From Pirellulales bacterium (GTDB lineage Bacteria; Planctomycetota; Planctomycetia; Pirellulales; PALSA-1355): DNA of 64,000 bases. The stretch's first letter is position 1, and each line of letters begins with the position of its first letter. The position numbers and the translations under genes are program-made. The stretch is from NCBI GenBank assembly GCA_963733035.1, contig CAVTBU010000005.1, positions 736,001 through 800,000 on the forward strand, read 5' to 3'. Shown here piece by piece: positions 33,216-44,405 of the stretch. Under the pieces are notes generated by a model, which did not search any database, had not been told where the DNA came from, and saw nothing but the letters and a program-made list of their open reading frames with translations.

Positions 33216-33626
33216 GTGACCAAGAAAGAGATCGTCAAAACCATATCCGACGAAATCGGGCTGACTCAACTCAAGACGAAAGAGATCGTCCAGAAGACTT
33301 TCGACGCAATCGTGGAGACGCTGGTCGAGGAACGACGGATTGAACTACGGAACTTCGGCGTATTCGAGGTGAAAAAGCGAGCGGCACGCAAAGCTCGCAA
33401 CCCGCGCACGGGCGATAAGGTCTTTGTGCCTGAGAAGTTCGTCGTAACCTTCAAGCCCGGCAAGGAAATGGAGGAACGAGTTCGCGAGCTGGAACGACAG
33501 GCCGCGGCAGCGGCTGAGCGAGCCCGTGCTGGCATGGACAACAATCCTAGCGGTGAGGCAGACAGCCGGCCAATTACCGAAACACTTGGCAGCCCGGGAT
33601 ATAACACTCCGAGCGGATCTCCGTAG
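33216..33626 (+). CDS. HU/IHF family DNA-binding protein with C-terminal extension
   Basis: [30 protein letters not shown]. Confidence 0.93.
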   Translation: MTKKEIVKTISDEIGLTQLKTKEIVQKTFDAIVETLVEERRIELRNFGVFEVKKRAARKARNPRTGDKVFVPEKFVVTFKPGKEMEERVRELERQAAAAAERARAGMDNNPSGEADSRPITETLGSPGYNTPSGSP

Positions 33627-33662
33627 ACCACGACGTACGGCGACACACAGGACAGTAACGGA

Positions 33663-33706
33663 TCAGGTCGGCAAAGGACCCCCGCAGTGAGGGTGCGGCG
33701 ACCTGA
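33663..33706 (+). other. Stem-loop downstream of HU/IHF gene
   Basis: TCAGGTCG / CGACCTGA outer stem with inner ACCC/GGGT pairing; no U tract. Confidence 0.4.
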
Positions 33707-33987
33707 CCTCGGCGCAACAGACAGGAATCAGTAGTCTACGGAGCCAAATTTGGCCACGAAGGCCTTGCTTGGCAAAGGACAAATCAGCCGCGAAGCTCGA
33801 ACCAATCCGCTTCGACGGGAAGACCCTTTCGGGTCAGAGTTTAAGACAAGTTCACCCGACAGATAAATCGGTACACGAGGCGTGGCCGCCGCTGGAGCGT
33901 TGGCTCTCGTGTGACTTGCAACATGGATACGTTATGCGCTCTCTAGACTCGTCTGGAGGGCACCGATGTTCACGGAGGAGTCGTGTG

Positions 33988-34206
33988 ATGCGCAGGCTTC
34001 TAATGGCCGCGATCTTGAGTTTGCCGCTGGGTACTACCACCGGATGCATCTTGCCGATCTATTCGGGCGATCCGGCGACGCGGACTCAAGAGTTGATCTT
34101 CACTTCAGAAAACCTGCGGCTCTTCCTCGAGGAATGGCAGCGCATCTGGTTCCTCGATCAGCCAAGCCACCTGTCACCTTATCGCACGCACGGTGGCATC
34201 ATTTAA
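33988..34206 (+). CDS. Small putative lipoprotein (72 aa)
   Basis: GGAGG SD; signal ending TTGC; WQRIWFLDQPSHLSPYRTHGGII C-terminus. Confidence 0.7.
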   Translation: MRRLLMAAILSLPLGTTTGCILPIYSGDPATRTQELIFTSENLRLFLEEWQRIWFLDQPSHLSPYRTHGGII

Positions 34207-34371
34207 CGACCGCTGGTCGCCACCGCATGATTTAAGAATTCCGCGGCGAGCCGCTCGAGATATCGGGCGGCTCGCTTCATTTACGCAGCATGTGATCTGC
34301 GGCACGGCGACTGCGTTGCCGCCTGGGAAGCCGACCGGTACATTAGCTCTTGCCGGCACGCTCTTGGTTGC

Positions 34372-35385
34372 GTGAGGCACGCCACGACCCACTCGAAAAC
34401 GCGCATCGTGACACTACCCGCCGTCGATCTATCGGTTCAACTGGGACGGCTGCGGCTGGCCAACCCGATCTTCGTGGCCTCGGGCACATTCGGCTACGCG
34501 CGCGAAATGGAGCACCTGGTCGACCTTGGTCGACTAGGCGCCATCGTTCCCAAGACGATTACCTGGCAACCTCGGGCCGGCAACGCGCCTTGGCGGACCG
34601 TTGAGACCGCTGCCGGAATGCTGAACTCCATCGGGCTGGACAATGACGGTATCGAGGCCTTTGTCGAACATCATTTACCTTACCTGGCCGGCCTGCCGAC
34701 ACCGACGATCGTGAGTATCGCCGGGCACGATTTTGACGAATTCGTGTCGATGGCCGAGAGGCTCGATGGGTTGCCTGGCGTGGCAGCGCTCGAATTGAAC
34801 GTCTCGTGCCCCAATGTTTCCGGCGGCGTGGACTTCGGTGTCGACCCGACCATGTGTCGCAAAGTGGTCGAAGGCGTTCGTAAGGTTTGTAAAACGCCAA
34901 TTCTGGCCAAACTCACTCCGAACGTGGCTGACGTCGCCACAATTGCCCGAGCCGCGACCGATGGGGGTGCCGATGCCATTTCGGCGGTGAACACTTGTCT
35001 TGGCATGGCGGTCGATTGGCGCAGGCGTCGCCCTATGCTTGGCAATGGCATGGGAGGCCTGAGCGGCCCGGCCATCAAGCCGATCGCGCTGCGCTGCGTT
35101 TACCAGGTGGCCCAGGCAGTCGACGTTCCAGTGGTGGGTATCGGCGGTATTGCCACGATCGACGATGTGATGGAGTTTTTGGTCGCTGGAGCGAGCGCCG
35201 TGCAGATTGGCACTGCAAACTTTTACAATCCCAAGGCAACGATGACGATCCTCGACGGCCTGGTACCCGCGCTTGCCGAACTTGGAGCCACGAAGCTGTC
35301 GGACGTCGTCGGTTCGCTCCGGTTGCCGCAGGCTACCAATCCCGTCGTACCGTTGCCCTCTAATTCCCATCCTTCCAAGCAATAA
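34372..35385 (+). CDS. pyrD: Dihydroorotate dehydrogenase, class 1B catalytic subunit (start may be 34408)
   Basis: ASGTFG, NSIGLDN, NVSCPN, AKLTPN, GGLSGPAIKP. Confidence 0.92.
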   Translation: MRHATTHSKTRIVTLPAVDLSVQLGRLRLANPIFVASGTFGYAREMEHLVDLGRLGAIVPKTITWQPRAGNAPWRTVETAAGMLNSIGLDNDGIEAFVEHHLPYLAGLPTPTIVSIAGHDFDEFVSMAERLDGLPGVAALELNVSCPNVSGGVDFGVDPTMCRKVVEGVRKVCKTPILAKLTPNVADVATIARAATDGGADAISAVNTCLGMAVDWRRRRPMLGNGMGGLSGPAIKPIALRCVYQVAQAVDVPVVGIGGIATIDDVMEFLVAGASAVQIGTANFYNPKATMTILDGLVPALAELGATKLSDVVGSLRLPQATNPVVPLPSNSHPSKQ

Positions 35386-35397
35386 TAGATCCGAGCC

Positions 35398-36363
<966 letters not shown>

Positions 36364-36398
36364 AGCGGCCCTCGTAGCGGACGCCAGAGGGCGGTGCG

Positions 36399-36953
36399 AT
36401 GGCCGCAGCAACCGAACTTCAATCGGTTTTGAAGATGAACCGAATCGATCGCATTCTTTTTTGGTTTGGCGGCGGCCTCGTCGCCACGGCGGCCGTGGCT
36501 TGGATTGCGTTTCAACTTCAGCAGCAGCGGATTGCTCCGGCGGTTTTGTTTCCGTTGGCGACCGGTGCGACGCTTGGGGGAGCACTGTTGGCACTCAGGC
36601 GATTGCTCCAGCAGCCGAGCCGGCGCCTCGCGGTGACTTCGGCCATCGTTTGGGGGTTGCTGCTCGTTGTGGCTCAGGACTACATTGGCCATCGGTACCG
36701 GATGCGAATGTTCGAAAGCGAACTTGCCGACGGCCACCCGTTGGCCGTGGCGATGGCCAGCGAGCGCGACTTGGCACCCACGTTCGCCGACCATCTTGCG
36801 GCACGCATCCGCGACCAGTCCGTTTGGTGGTCGTTGGATCTGCTGTTGACCGCGTCTGCCGCGGCAGTTGTCGTAGCGGTGGGCTTGCGAGCACGAAACG
36901 TGTCCGGTTCTCAATTGCCCCCGCGGGAACGACCTCCGTCGGAAACGCTTTAA
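36399..36953 (+). CDS. Hypothetical membrane protein
   Basis: Four hydrophobic segments; fills the trpS-acpS gap. Confidence 0.65.
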   Translation: MAAATELQSVLKMNRIDRILFWFGGGLVATAAVAWIAFQLQQQRIAPAVLFPLATGATLGGALLALRRLLQQPSRRLAVTSAIVWGLLLVVAQDYIGHRYRMRMFESELADGHPLAVAMASERDLAPTFADHLAARIRDQSVWWSLDLLLTASAAAVVVAVGLRARNVSGSQLPPRERPPSETL

Positions 36954-36974
36954 CCTCGAGCGAATCGTAAGCGC

Positions 36975-37394
36975 ATGGCTGAAATTCTCGGCATCGGTAC
37001 CGACATCATCGAATGCCTGCGGATCGCGCAGATGATCGAACGACACGGCGAGTTGTTCATCACGCGGGTATACACGCCGCATGAGATACAGTATTGCCAG
37101 ACTCGCAAGCAGGCCACGCAGCACTTTGCCGGACGCTGGGCCGCGAAAGAGGCCGTGCTCAAAGCCCTGGGCACTGGCTGGCGCAAGGGGATCAGCTGGC
37201 GTGACATCGAAATCCGCAATGATCCCAGCGGCCGGCCGATGGTGGCCTTTCGCGGCGGAGCCCGAGACGTCGTCGAGGCACGTGGGATCACCGAGATGCA
37301 TATCAGCATCTCACATTGTCGCAGTCACGCCACGGCCTACGCGCTCGCCGAGGGCCCCGACAAGAAAGAGGAAAGCGAAATCGACGCCGACTGA
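36975..37394 (+). CDS. acpS: Holo-ACP synthase
   Basis: GIGTDI, AGRWAAKEAVLKALGTG, ISISH. Confidence 0.95.
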   Translation: MAEILGIGTDIIECLRIAQMIERHGELFITRVYTPHEIQYCQTRKQATQHFAGRWAAKEAVLKALGTGWRKGISWRDIEIRNDPSGRPMVAFRGGARDVVEARGITEMHISISHCRSHATAYALAEGPDKKEESEIDAD

Positions 37395-37452
37395 GCGAGT
37401 TTGAATTTGCCGAAACGTGACTTGCAAAGTTCTTTGGCCACGCCGGAATTCG

Positions 37453-40170
37453 CTATTCAGGAGCTTTCTTGTTGGCCGGTTTCTTCTTGGCGGCGGCTTT
37501 CTTCTTCACCGCCTTCTTGACTGAAACCTTGCCGTTTCCGTCGACGGCGGCCACTTTCTTCTTGGCAGGAGCCTTCTTGGCGGTCTTCCGCTTGGCCGAT
37601 TTCTTTGAAGGGCCCAGCGCCGCCCTGGCCGCAAGCAATTCGAGTGCCTGCGGCATTGTCACCTCGTCGGCCGACAGTCCTTTCGGCAGCGACGCGTTCG
37701 TTTCGCCGTCGGTCAGATACAGGCCGTAGCGACCTTCGAGCAGTTGCACCTTTTGCTTGGTAACCGGCGACTCGTCGAAGACCTTGAGCGGCTCTTTCGG
37801 CGCTCCGAATCCCCGCCGCTGCGCTTTGGGTTGCGCAAGCAGTTCGAGCGCCTGCTGCAACGTCACGTCGATCGGCGACATTCCGGCCGGCAGACTGCGC
37901 GTCTCGTCTCCACACTTGACGTATGGCCCGAACCGGCCATTGTAGGCCACCACGGGGTTGCCGTTTTCCGGATGGTTGCCCAGTTCCCGCGGCAGCGACA
38001 ACAACTTGAGCGCCACCTCCAGCGTCACGTCCTCCGGCTTCATCCCCTTTAGCAGCGATGCGTTCTTCGGCTTCTCCTCGTCTTCCGGCGTGCCACGCTG
38101 CACGTAAGGACCGAAGCGGCCGACTTTCAGATACACCGGCTTGCCGGTCTCAGGACAACAGCCCAGCGGCTCCTCGGCCTGCGCGGCTTGGGCGAGAATT
38201 TCCAGTGCCGCCTCAACCGTCAACTCGTCGGGCGGCATTTCCTCGCGCAAACTGCCGCGGCGTTCCCCCTGCTCGATGAACGGACCATAGCGGCCCACGC
38301 GCACGTAGATCGGCTCGCCCTCGTCGGGCTGGCCGATGTAGATCCGCCCGATGTCGCGGGCGTCGACTTCATTGACCTTATTGGCCAGCAGTTGCTTGAG
38401 CCCCGGATTGCCGTTGCCGAAATAGAACTGCCGCAGGTACTCGATGTGCGCCGATTCTCCGCGGCTGATGGCGTCTAGATCGTCCTCCATCTGGGCCGTG
38501 AACTTGTAGTCGACCAGATTCGGCAGGTGATCGGTCAGCAGTTGGGCCACCGAAAACGCGACCCAGGTGGGCACCAGCGCGTTGCCTTTCTTGAAAACGT
38601 ACTCGCGGGCCAAGATCGTATCGATAATCGAGGCGTAGGTGCTGGGACGGCCGATGCCCATTTCTTCGAGCGCCCGAGTGAGCGAGGCTTCGCTGTACCG
38701 GGCCGGAGGCTGCGTCGTGTGGCTCTTGGGTTCCAGCTCGCGGAGGTCGAGCTCTTCGCCCACCTCGACGCTCGGCAGTACCGTATCCTGCTCGGACAGA
38801 TCGGCCTGCGGATCGTCGCTCCCTTCAACATAGGCCCGCAGATAGCCGGCGAAGTCGATCGTCTTGCCGCCGACCTGGAAGACGGCGCCGTCGCCTTCGA
38901 CCGTGATCGTGATCCGACGTCCCTTGGCGTCGGCCATTTGGCTGGCGACGGTTCGTTTCCAAATCAGATCGTAGAGACGGAACTGATCGGAGTTCAACTC
39001 GTTGCGCAGTGACTCGGGCAGCGCGAACGGATGACCGGCGGGGCGAATGGCCTCGTGAGCTTCCTGCGCATTCTTGACTTTCGTTTGGTAGACGCGCGGC
39101 TGATCGGGTAGGTACTCGCCACCGTATTGCGAACGGACCAGGTCGCGGGCCGCCTCGATTGCCACCTTGGCCAGGTTGGTCGAATCGGTACGCATGTAAG
39201 TGATGTGGCCGTTTTCATACAGGCTCTGAGCGGCCTGCATGGTTCGTTTGGCGGTAAAGCCCAACTTGCGGTTGGCTTCTTGTTGCAGCGTGCTGGTCGT
39301 GAACGGAGCATAAGGCTTCGTCGTAAACGGCTTGTCGTCGAGACCGGCGACTCGGAACTGTGCCTTCGACAGTCGCTCCAGCAACTGCGCGGCGCCCGGC
39401 TCATCGAGCAACAGCAGGTTGGGATCCTTGATCTTGCCGGTCGCGGCGTCAAAATCCTTGCCGCTGGGAATCTTGCGGTCGTCGACCGAGACGAGCTCCG
39501 CGGCGAAGGCTTGTCCGCTGCGCTTGGCAAACTTGCCGAGCAGATCCCAATAGGTCGCGGCGATGAACGCCATGCGCTGCCGCTCGCGTTCGACAATCAA
39601 CCGCACCGCCACGCTCTGCACGCGGCCAGCCGACAATTTCGGTCGCACCTTGCGCCACAGCAGGGGCGAAACCTCGTAGCCGTACAGCCGATCGAGGATG
39701 CGCCGCGTCTCCTGCGCTCGCACCAAGGACTGGTCGATGCTGCGGGGATGCTCGAGAGCCTCATTGATGGCCTCTTTGGTGATTTCGTGAAAGACCAGCC
39801 GATGGACCGGCACCTTCGGCTTGAGCAGCTCGTTGAGGTGCCAACTAATGGCTTCCCCTTCGCGGTCTTCGTCCGTCGCCAGGTACAGGTCTTTCGACTC
39901 TTTCAGCAATCCCTTGAGTTTGCGGACCTGGGCCGTCTTGCCGGGCGGAATGATGTAGACCGGGTCGAAATCCTGATTGACGTTGACCCCGAGGTGAGCC
40001 CAATCTTCTCCTTTATATTGCGCCGGCAGCTGCTTGGCCCCTTGCGGCAAATCGCGGACATGGCCGATGCTCGCCTCGACCGTGAAATCGCGGCCGAGAA
40101 ATTTGCTGATCGTGCGCGCCTTGGCCGGCGACTCGACGATCACTAGCGATTTGCCGTTCTTTTTGGCCAT
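37453..40170 (-). CDS. topA: Type I DNA topoisomerase with C-terminal repeats and Lys-rich tail
   Basis: VESPAK, DEDREGE, SAGRVQ, ITYMRTDS, GIGRPSTY, repeated GRYGP/GRFGP. Confidence 0.97.
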   Translation of the reverse strand: MAKKNGKSLVIVESPAKARTISKFLGRDFTVEASIGHVRDLPQGAKQLPAQYKGEDWAHLGVNVNQDFDPVYIIPPGKTAQVRKLKGLLKESKDLYLATDEDREGEAISWHLNELLKPKVPVHRLVFHEITKEAINEALEHPRSIDQSLVRAQETRRILDRLYGYEVSPLLWRKVRPKLSAGRVQSVAVRLIVERERQRMAFIAATYWDLLGKFAKRSGQAFAAELVSVDDRKIPSGKDFDAATGKIKDPNLLLLDEPGAAQLLERLSKAQFRVAGLDDKPFTTKPYAPFTTSTLQQEANRKLGFTAKRTMQAAQSLYENGHITYMRTDSTNLAKVAIEAARDLVRSQYGGEYLPDQPRVYQTKVKNAQEAHEAIRPAGHPFALPESLRNELNSDQFRLYDLIWKRTVASQMADAKGRRITITVEGDGAVFQVGGKTIDFAGYLRAYVEGSDDPQADLSEQDTVLPSVEVGEELDLRELEPKSHTTQPPARYSEASLTRALEEMGIGRPSTYASIIDTILAREYVFKKGNALVPTWVAFSVAQLLTDHLPNLVDYKFTAQMEDDLDAISRGESAHIEYLRQFYFGNGNPGLKQLLANKVNEVDARDIGRIYIGQPDEGEPIYVRVGRYGPFIEQGERRGSLREEMPPDELTVEAALEILAQAAQAEEPLGCCPETGKPVYLKVGRFGPYVQRGTPEDEEKPKNASLLKGMKPEDVTLEVALKLLSLPRELGNHPENGNPVVAYNGRFGPYVKCGDETRSLPAGMSPIDVTLQQALELLAQPKAQRRGFGAPKEPLKVFDESPVTKQKVQLLEGRYGLYLTDGETNASLPKGLSADEVTMPQALELLAARAALGPSKKSAKRKTAKKAPAKKKVAAVDGNGKVSVKKAVKKKAAAKKKPANKKAPE

Positions 40171-40586
40171 CGTTTGCCGTTCTTCCTCTCGCCAATGAGG
40201 CGAATCTTCTCGCCACGCCCCCCATTCAGGGCAATCTCGGGCTCTAAAACCAGTGACTAATATCAGACTCTCTTAATTCATTCTGGCCGTCTGGCAAGCG
40301 GCCGACTACCACCCAAACCCGAGCCATATGGCACAAGCCACAATGCAGCAATAACTTACGGCAAGCGGATTTGGCCAGAAACTTCGCGACCCTGACTGCA
40401 TAAGCGGTATTGGCTTAATGATCCTGATACAGAGTTGTCAAGCCGTCTTTCCAGTTCGGCCTGCCCCGCAATCGTTGCAGGCCCAAATCGATCGGCCTCA
40501 TTTCGCCCCCTGTGGTCGACCGAGAACGCGCCCGGGCGACCGGGATCGACTTCGTGCCTCACCTTTCGAATTCCGCTTGCCATGAG

Positions 40587-40617
40587 CCAACTGTACTAAT
40601 ACACTTAATACAGTTGG
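40587..40617. promoter_or_regulatory. YtrA-type GntR operator CCAACTGTA-N13-TACAGTTGG
   Basis: Perfect 9-bp inverted repeat with TGTA-N13-TACA spacing known for YtrA-subfamily operators; abuts the GGAGG SD of the GntR gene. Confidence 0.85.
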
Positions 40618-40626
40618 AGGTTCCCC

Positions 40627-41028
40627 GTGGAGTTCACGATTCATACCGCCGGCGGCGTGCCGATCTATCAGCAACTGGCCGACCAAATCTGCGCGGCCAT
40701 TGCTCGCGGGCGACTGCGCCCCGATGAACGGCTGCCTTCGGTTCGCGAGCTGTCGCAAACGCTGGTGGTAAATCCCAACACAGTCGCCCGGGCATATACG
40801 GAACTTGAGCGCCAGGGCACGTTGTACACACGGCCGGGTTTGGGCGTCTTTGTCAGCGGCGCCAAACCGTCCCTATCAAAAAAAACGCGCCGGCAGCGAC
40901 TCGAGAAGGCAGTCGACGCGCTGTTGATCGAGGCCGTACGCGTGGGCTGCGAAAGCGAAGAGGTGCTCGACCTGATCGGCGAGCGGATCAAGCAATTCCA
41001 GTGGCCAGCGGCGCCGACGACTTCTTGA
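40627..41028 (+). CDS. GntR family regulator, YtrA subfamily
   Basis: PIYQQL, LPSVRELS, VNPNTVARAY; 133 aa; precedes an ABC ATPase. Confidence 0.93.
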   Translation: MEFTIHTAGGVPIYQQLADQICAAIARGRLRPDERLPSVRELSQTLVVNPNTVARAYTELERQGTLYTRPGLGVFVSGAKPSLSKKTRRQRLEKAVDALLIEAVRVGCESEEVLDLIGERIKQFQWPAAPTTS

Positions 41029-41087
41029 GCAGGTGAAACCAGCGACAATTGGATTCCAAGTCATCAGACCCACGGGAAACGCATCCC

Positions 41088-42017
41088 ATGAGCGACGCGA
41101 TCATCATCGAAGGGCTGACCAAACACTACGGTCAACAACGCGTGGTCGATTCGGTAAGCATGCGCGTACCTGCCGGCAGCGTCTATGGCTTTCTCGGGCG
41201 CAACGGCGCCGGCAAGTCGACGCTCGTCAAGATGATAACCGGCATGGTCCAACCGGATATCGGCCAAGCCACGCTTTTGGGGGAAAACATCTCTGAAATG
41301 CGTCCCGCCACCCGCGCCCGAATTGCCTACCTGGCCGAAGGTCATCCACTCTACCGCTGGATGACGGTGGCGCAGGCCGTGAAATTCGCCCGCGGGTTCC
41401 ACACGCACGGCGTCTGGCACGATCGCTTCCTGGCGGCGATCCTGGACCACTTCAATATCTCGCCACGTCGCAAGATCGGCCGGCTGTCGAACGGCCAACG
41501 CGCTCAGGTCTCGTTGGCACTCGCGCTGGCTCCCGATCCGGAATTGTTGATTCTCGACGATCCGACGCTTGGGCTCGACACGGTCGTGCGGCGTGACTTT
41601 CTGGAGTCCATGATCCATTTGATTCAACGTAGCGGGCGGACGATCTTTTTCAGCTCGCACATTCTCGGCGACGTCGAGCGGGTGGCCGATCGGATCGGAG
41701 TGCTCGTCGACGGGGTGCTCAGGGTCGATTGTCCGGTCGACACGTTCAAGTCGGCGCTGCGGCGAGTGGTGTTGGAATTCAACGGCGGCGTGCCGCAGTT
41801 TCCTGCCTGCCAAGGACTAGTGAGTCAGCGGCAAATCGGCGGCAAGCTGGAGATCGTGGTAGTGAACTATGGCGAGGAGCATCGCGAGCTGGCGACGGGG
41901 CTGGGCGCGATTCACGTCGAGGAAGTGGAAATGAACCTCGAGGATGCGTTCATCGCCTACACCCGCGGCGAAACGCGGCCGTTGCCCTCATTCGATCGGG
42001 AGCCCATCCGATGCTAA
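41088..42017 (+). CDS. ABC transporter ATP-binding protein (YtrB-like)
   Basis: GRNGAGKS, LSNGQ, LILDDPTLGLD, SSH. Confidence 0.93.
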   Translation: MSDAIIIEGLTKHYGQQRVVDSVSMRVPAGSVYGFLGRNGAGKSTLVKMITGMVQPDIGQATLLGENISEMRPATRARIAYLAEGHPLYRWMTVAQAVKFARGFHTHGVWHDRFLAAILDHFNISPRRKIGRLSNGQRAQVSLALALAPDPELLILDDPTLGLDTVVRRDFLESMIHLIQRSGRTIFFSSHILGDVERVADRIGVLVDGVLRVDCPVDTFKSALRRVVLEFNGGVPQFPACQGLVSQRQIGGKLEIVVVNYGEEHRELATGLGAIHVEEVEMNLEDAFIAYTRGETRPLPSFDREPIRC

Positions 42018-42669
42018 AGTCGCTCGTCTGGAAAGAATCGCGCGAGCTCGCGCCGCTGGTGGCCTTGGCGGTCGTGGCGGAGTTGTTGTTCTATTTTCCG
42101 ACGAACCTGCTCGCGATGTTTTACAACAGCTACAGCGACTATTCGTCGCAAATACCGTTCGTCAGCAGCACGCTGCCGAACTGGTTGCTGGCGGTCGGCG
42201 CCGTCACCGGTATTGCCGTGGGGTTTTGGCAAACTTCCGGCGAACTAAGCCGCGGTACCTTCTTGTACCTGTTGCATCGGCCGGTCGACCGTCGCACGGT
42301 GTTCCTCGTCAAGCTTGCGGTCGGCATCTCAATCACGCTGCTGGTGCCTGGCGTGCCGATTCTCGGCTACGCAATTTGGGCTTCGATTCCTGGCAATCAG
42401 GCCAGCCCGTTTTTCTGGTCGATGACAATCGGCACTTGGCTGATCTGGTTTCGCTTGCCGTTTTTCTACCTGGGAGCCTACTTGAGTGGCTTGCGTCCGG
42501 GCGCTGGCTGGGAAGCCGGGCGGCTCCCCTGTTTGCGACGCCCTTGCTATTTGCGTTTTTGTTCATTTTCGCCGCCTGGCCGCCGGTCTCGCTCTTCGCG
42601 ACGTTAGTGGTTGAAGCGTCTTACCTGTACGTGATCTTGTATGTTGCCGGCACGCGCGACTACTCATGA
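42011..42669 (+). CDS. ABC-2-type permease; frameshift near 42500
   Basis: LVWKESRE, YLLHRPVDR, multiple TM helices; one added G restores RPGRWLGSR. Confidence 0.75.
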
Positions 42670-42712
42670 GCCAGTCGGCCGGCAGTCGATCCCCCGAAAG
42701 TTGGAAGTGAAC

Positions 42713-44163
42713 ATGAGCAGGCCTGCGAAACCATCGACTTTGCCGCCCCGGCTGCTACTGGCGTTCATTCTGTCCATCGGCCTGTTTGCGGCCTGGTTTC
42801 TGGGCTGGATGCTGTTCGAGGCGACATTTCGGTCGTTCCTGCATTCGACCCAATTCAAACAGCTCGTCTTCACCGAGGAGGGCGAGCCGCTCATCAGTAC
42901 GCAGCCTGCGGGCAACCGCGAGCTACTCGCACCGATCTATCACACGCTCGACGGGAAACTCGTACCAGATCCCAGCGAGGTTGTGCTATTGGACGACTAT
43001 CCGCGAGAGGTCGTGGCGCAGCGGCGCGAACTCGAGAGTGCGAGTCCGAATGTCAATTGGGGAATGGGACTCCTCGGTTTCGCCGCGCTTTCTCCACGCG
43101 CACTTATTGGTACTTAATCCACGACTTCCAACCCGACGGCACTGCGTACTTCGTCGGCTACGACGCGCTGACGCGGAGGCAGATCGGATACTTCGGACGG
43201 CGGGGCTTTAGCTTGACGATTCCGCCCGAGGAAGATCGGATTCAGATACCATTTTCGCTGCTGCTGGGCGAGGGTTGGACCGGGCGCGGTGGCACGCGTG
43301 GCGAGATTCCCCGATATGAACCGAAACGCAACAACAACATTCTGATCATCTCCGGCGATGAACTGCTAAAGATCAATCTTTCGACGCAGACCATTGCACC
43401 GATTCCGATGCCGAGCAAGGTGATCACGATGGGCCAGTACACCCAGCATCTGCCGGTGATGGGTAGCGCGAAGTTCCAAGAGGTGGATCGCGTCGTGGTC
43501 CGCTTGCCGGATGAGTTGCAGTTTCTCGATTTTGGCGGTGAGCCACAGGGGCGGCTGCCGATACCGCCAGATCTGCGGGACAAGTCGCTGACGCTCCGGA
43601 GCGTGAACCCGGCGGAGTTCATTGTTGAGTCGACCTCGGGGCAGCGTTATGCGCCACACGAGCTTACCTGGATCAGTGCCGATGGAAAGGTGCTACGCAG
43701 CGCCAACGTCGACATTTACCAGCGACCGGTCGAAGGCGACGGCGATTCCTGGATGATCACGATGATCGTGCCGGTGCCGGGATTGATCGCTGCATTTACG
43801 CCCTTCGATGCGCTCAACAAGGTACGCAACGATGAGGCGCCAGACATGCAGACGGCCCTGCAGGAGCTCATTCGGAGGTTCGCCATCCCCTATGCGCTGC
43901 TGCTGGTTGTCAGTCTGGCACTGGCCATCTGGACCTATCGCCGGCATCGACGGTACGAGACGGATGGCGCGGCGGCCTGGGCCGTGTTCGTCCTGCTGCT
44001 GGGACCCTTGGGGCTGGTGGCCTACCTGGTACACCGCTGCTGGCCACCGAGCACCGCGTGCGAGCACTGCGGCTGCTCGGTGCCGAGGAATCGCGCGGCG
44101 TGTACGCAGTGTCGTGAGGAGTTTCCGGCGCCTGCGATGCGGGGCATTGAGGTGTTCGCCTGA
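42713..44163 (+). CDS. Membrane protein with periplasmic domain and C-terminal zinc ribbon; frameshift near 43070
   Basis: N-terminal TM; C-terminal TMs (WAVFVLLLGPLGLVAY) and CEHC...CTQC; overlapping ORFs in two frames. Confidence 0.7.
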
Positions 44164-44405
44164 GGTGCGGACGGCGGAACTGCTGTCAGATTGCCAATCG
44201 TTCCAAAGGCCGCTGTGCTTTGGCATTGCATTCGAGACAGCGGCCCCCCTACAATTCCCGCAAGCGGCCCATGCTGTCGGGCTGCTTTTCCCGCGCGCAG
44301 TTTCTCCCAGGACGGGTGACCGGACTCGCAATCTCGGGTCGCACGCGTCGGATGGGATCATCCGCACACAAACCCTGACATCCGCAAGCGATAAAGGACT
44401 TTCTC

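Noticed and set aside
33663..33830. c-di-GMP-I riboswitch (GGCAAA motifs)
   Set aside because: The GNRA-capped stem and second conserved hairpin were not found.
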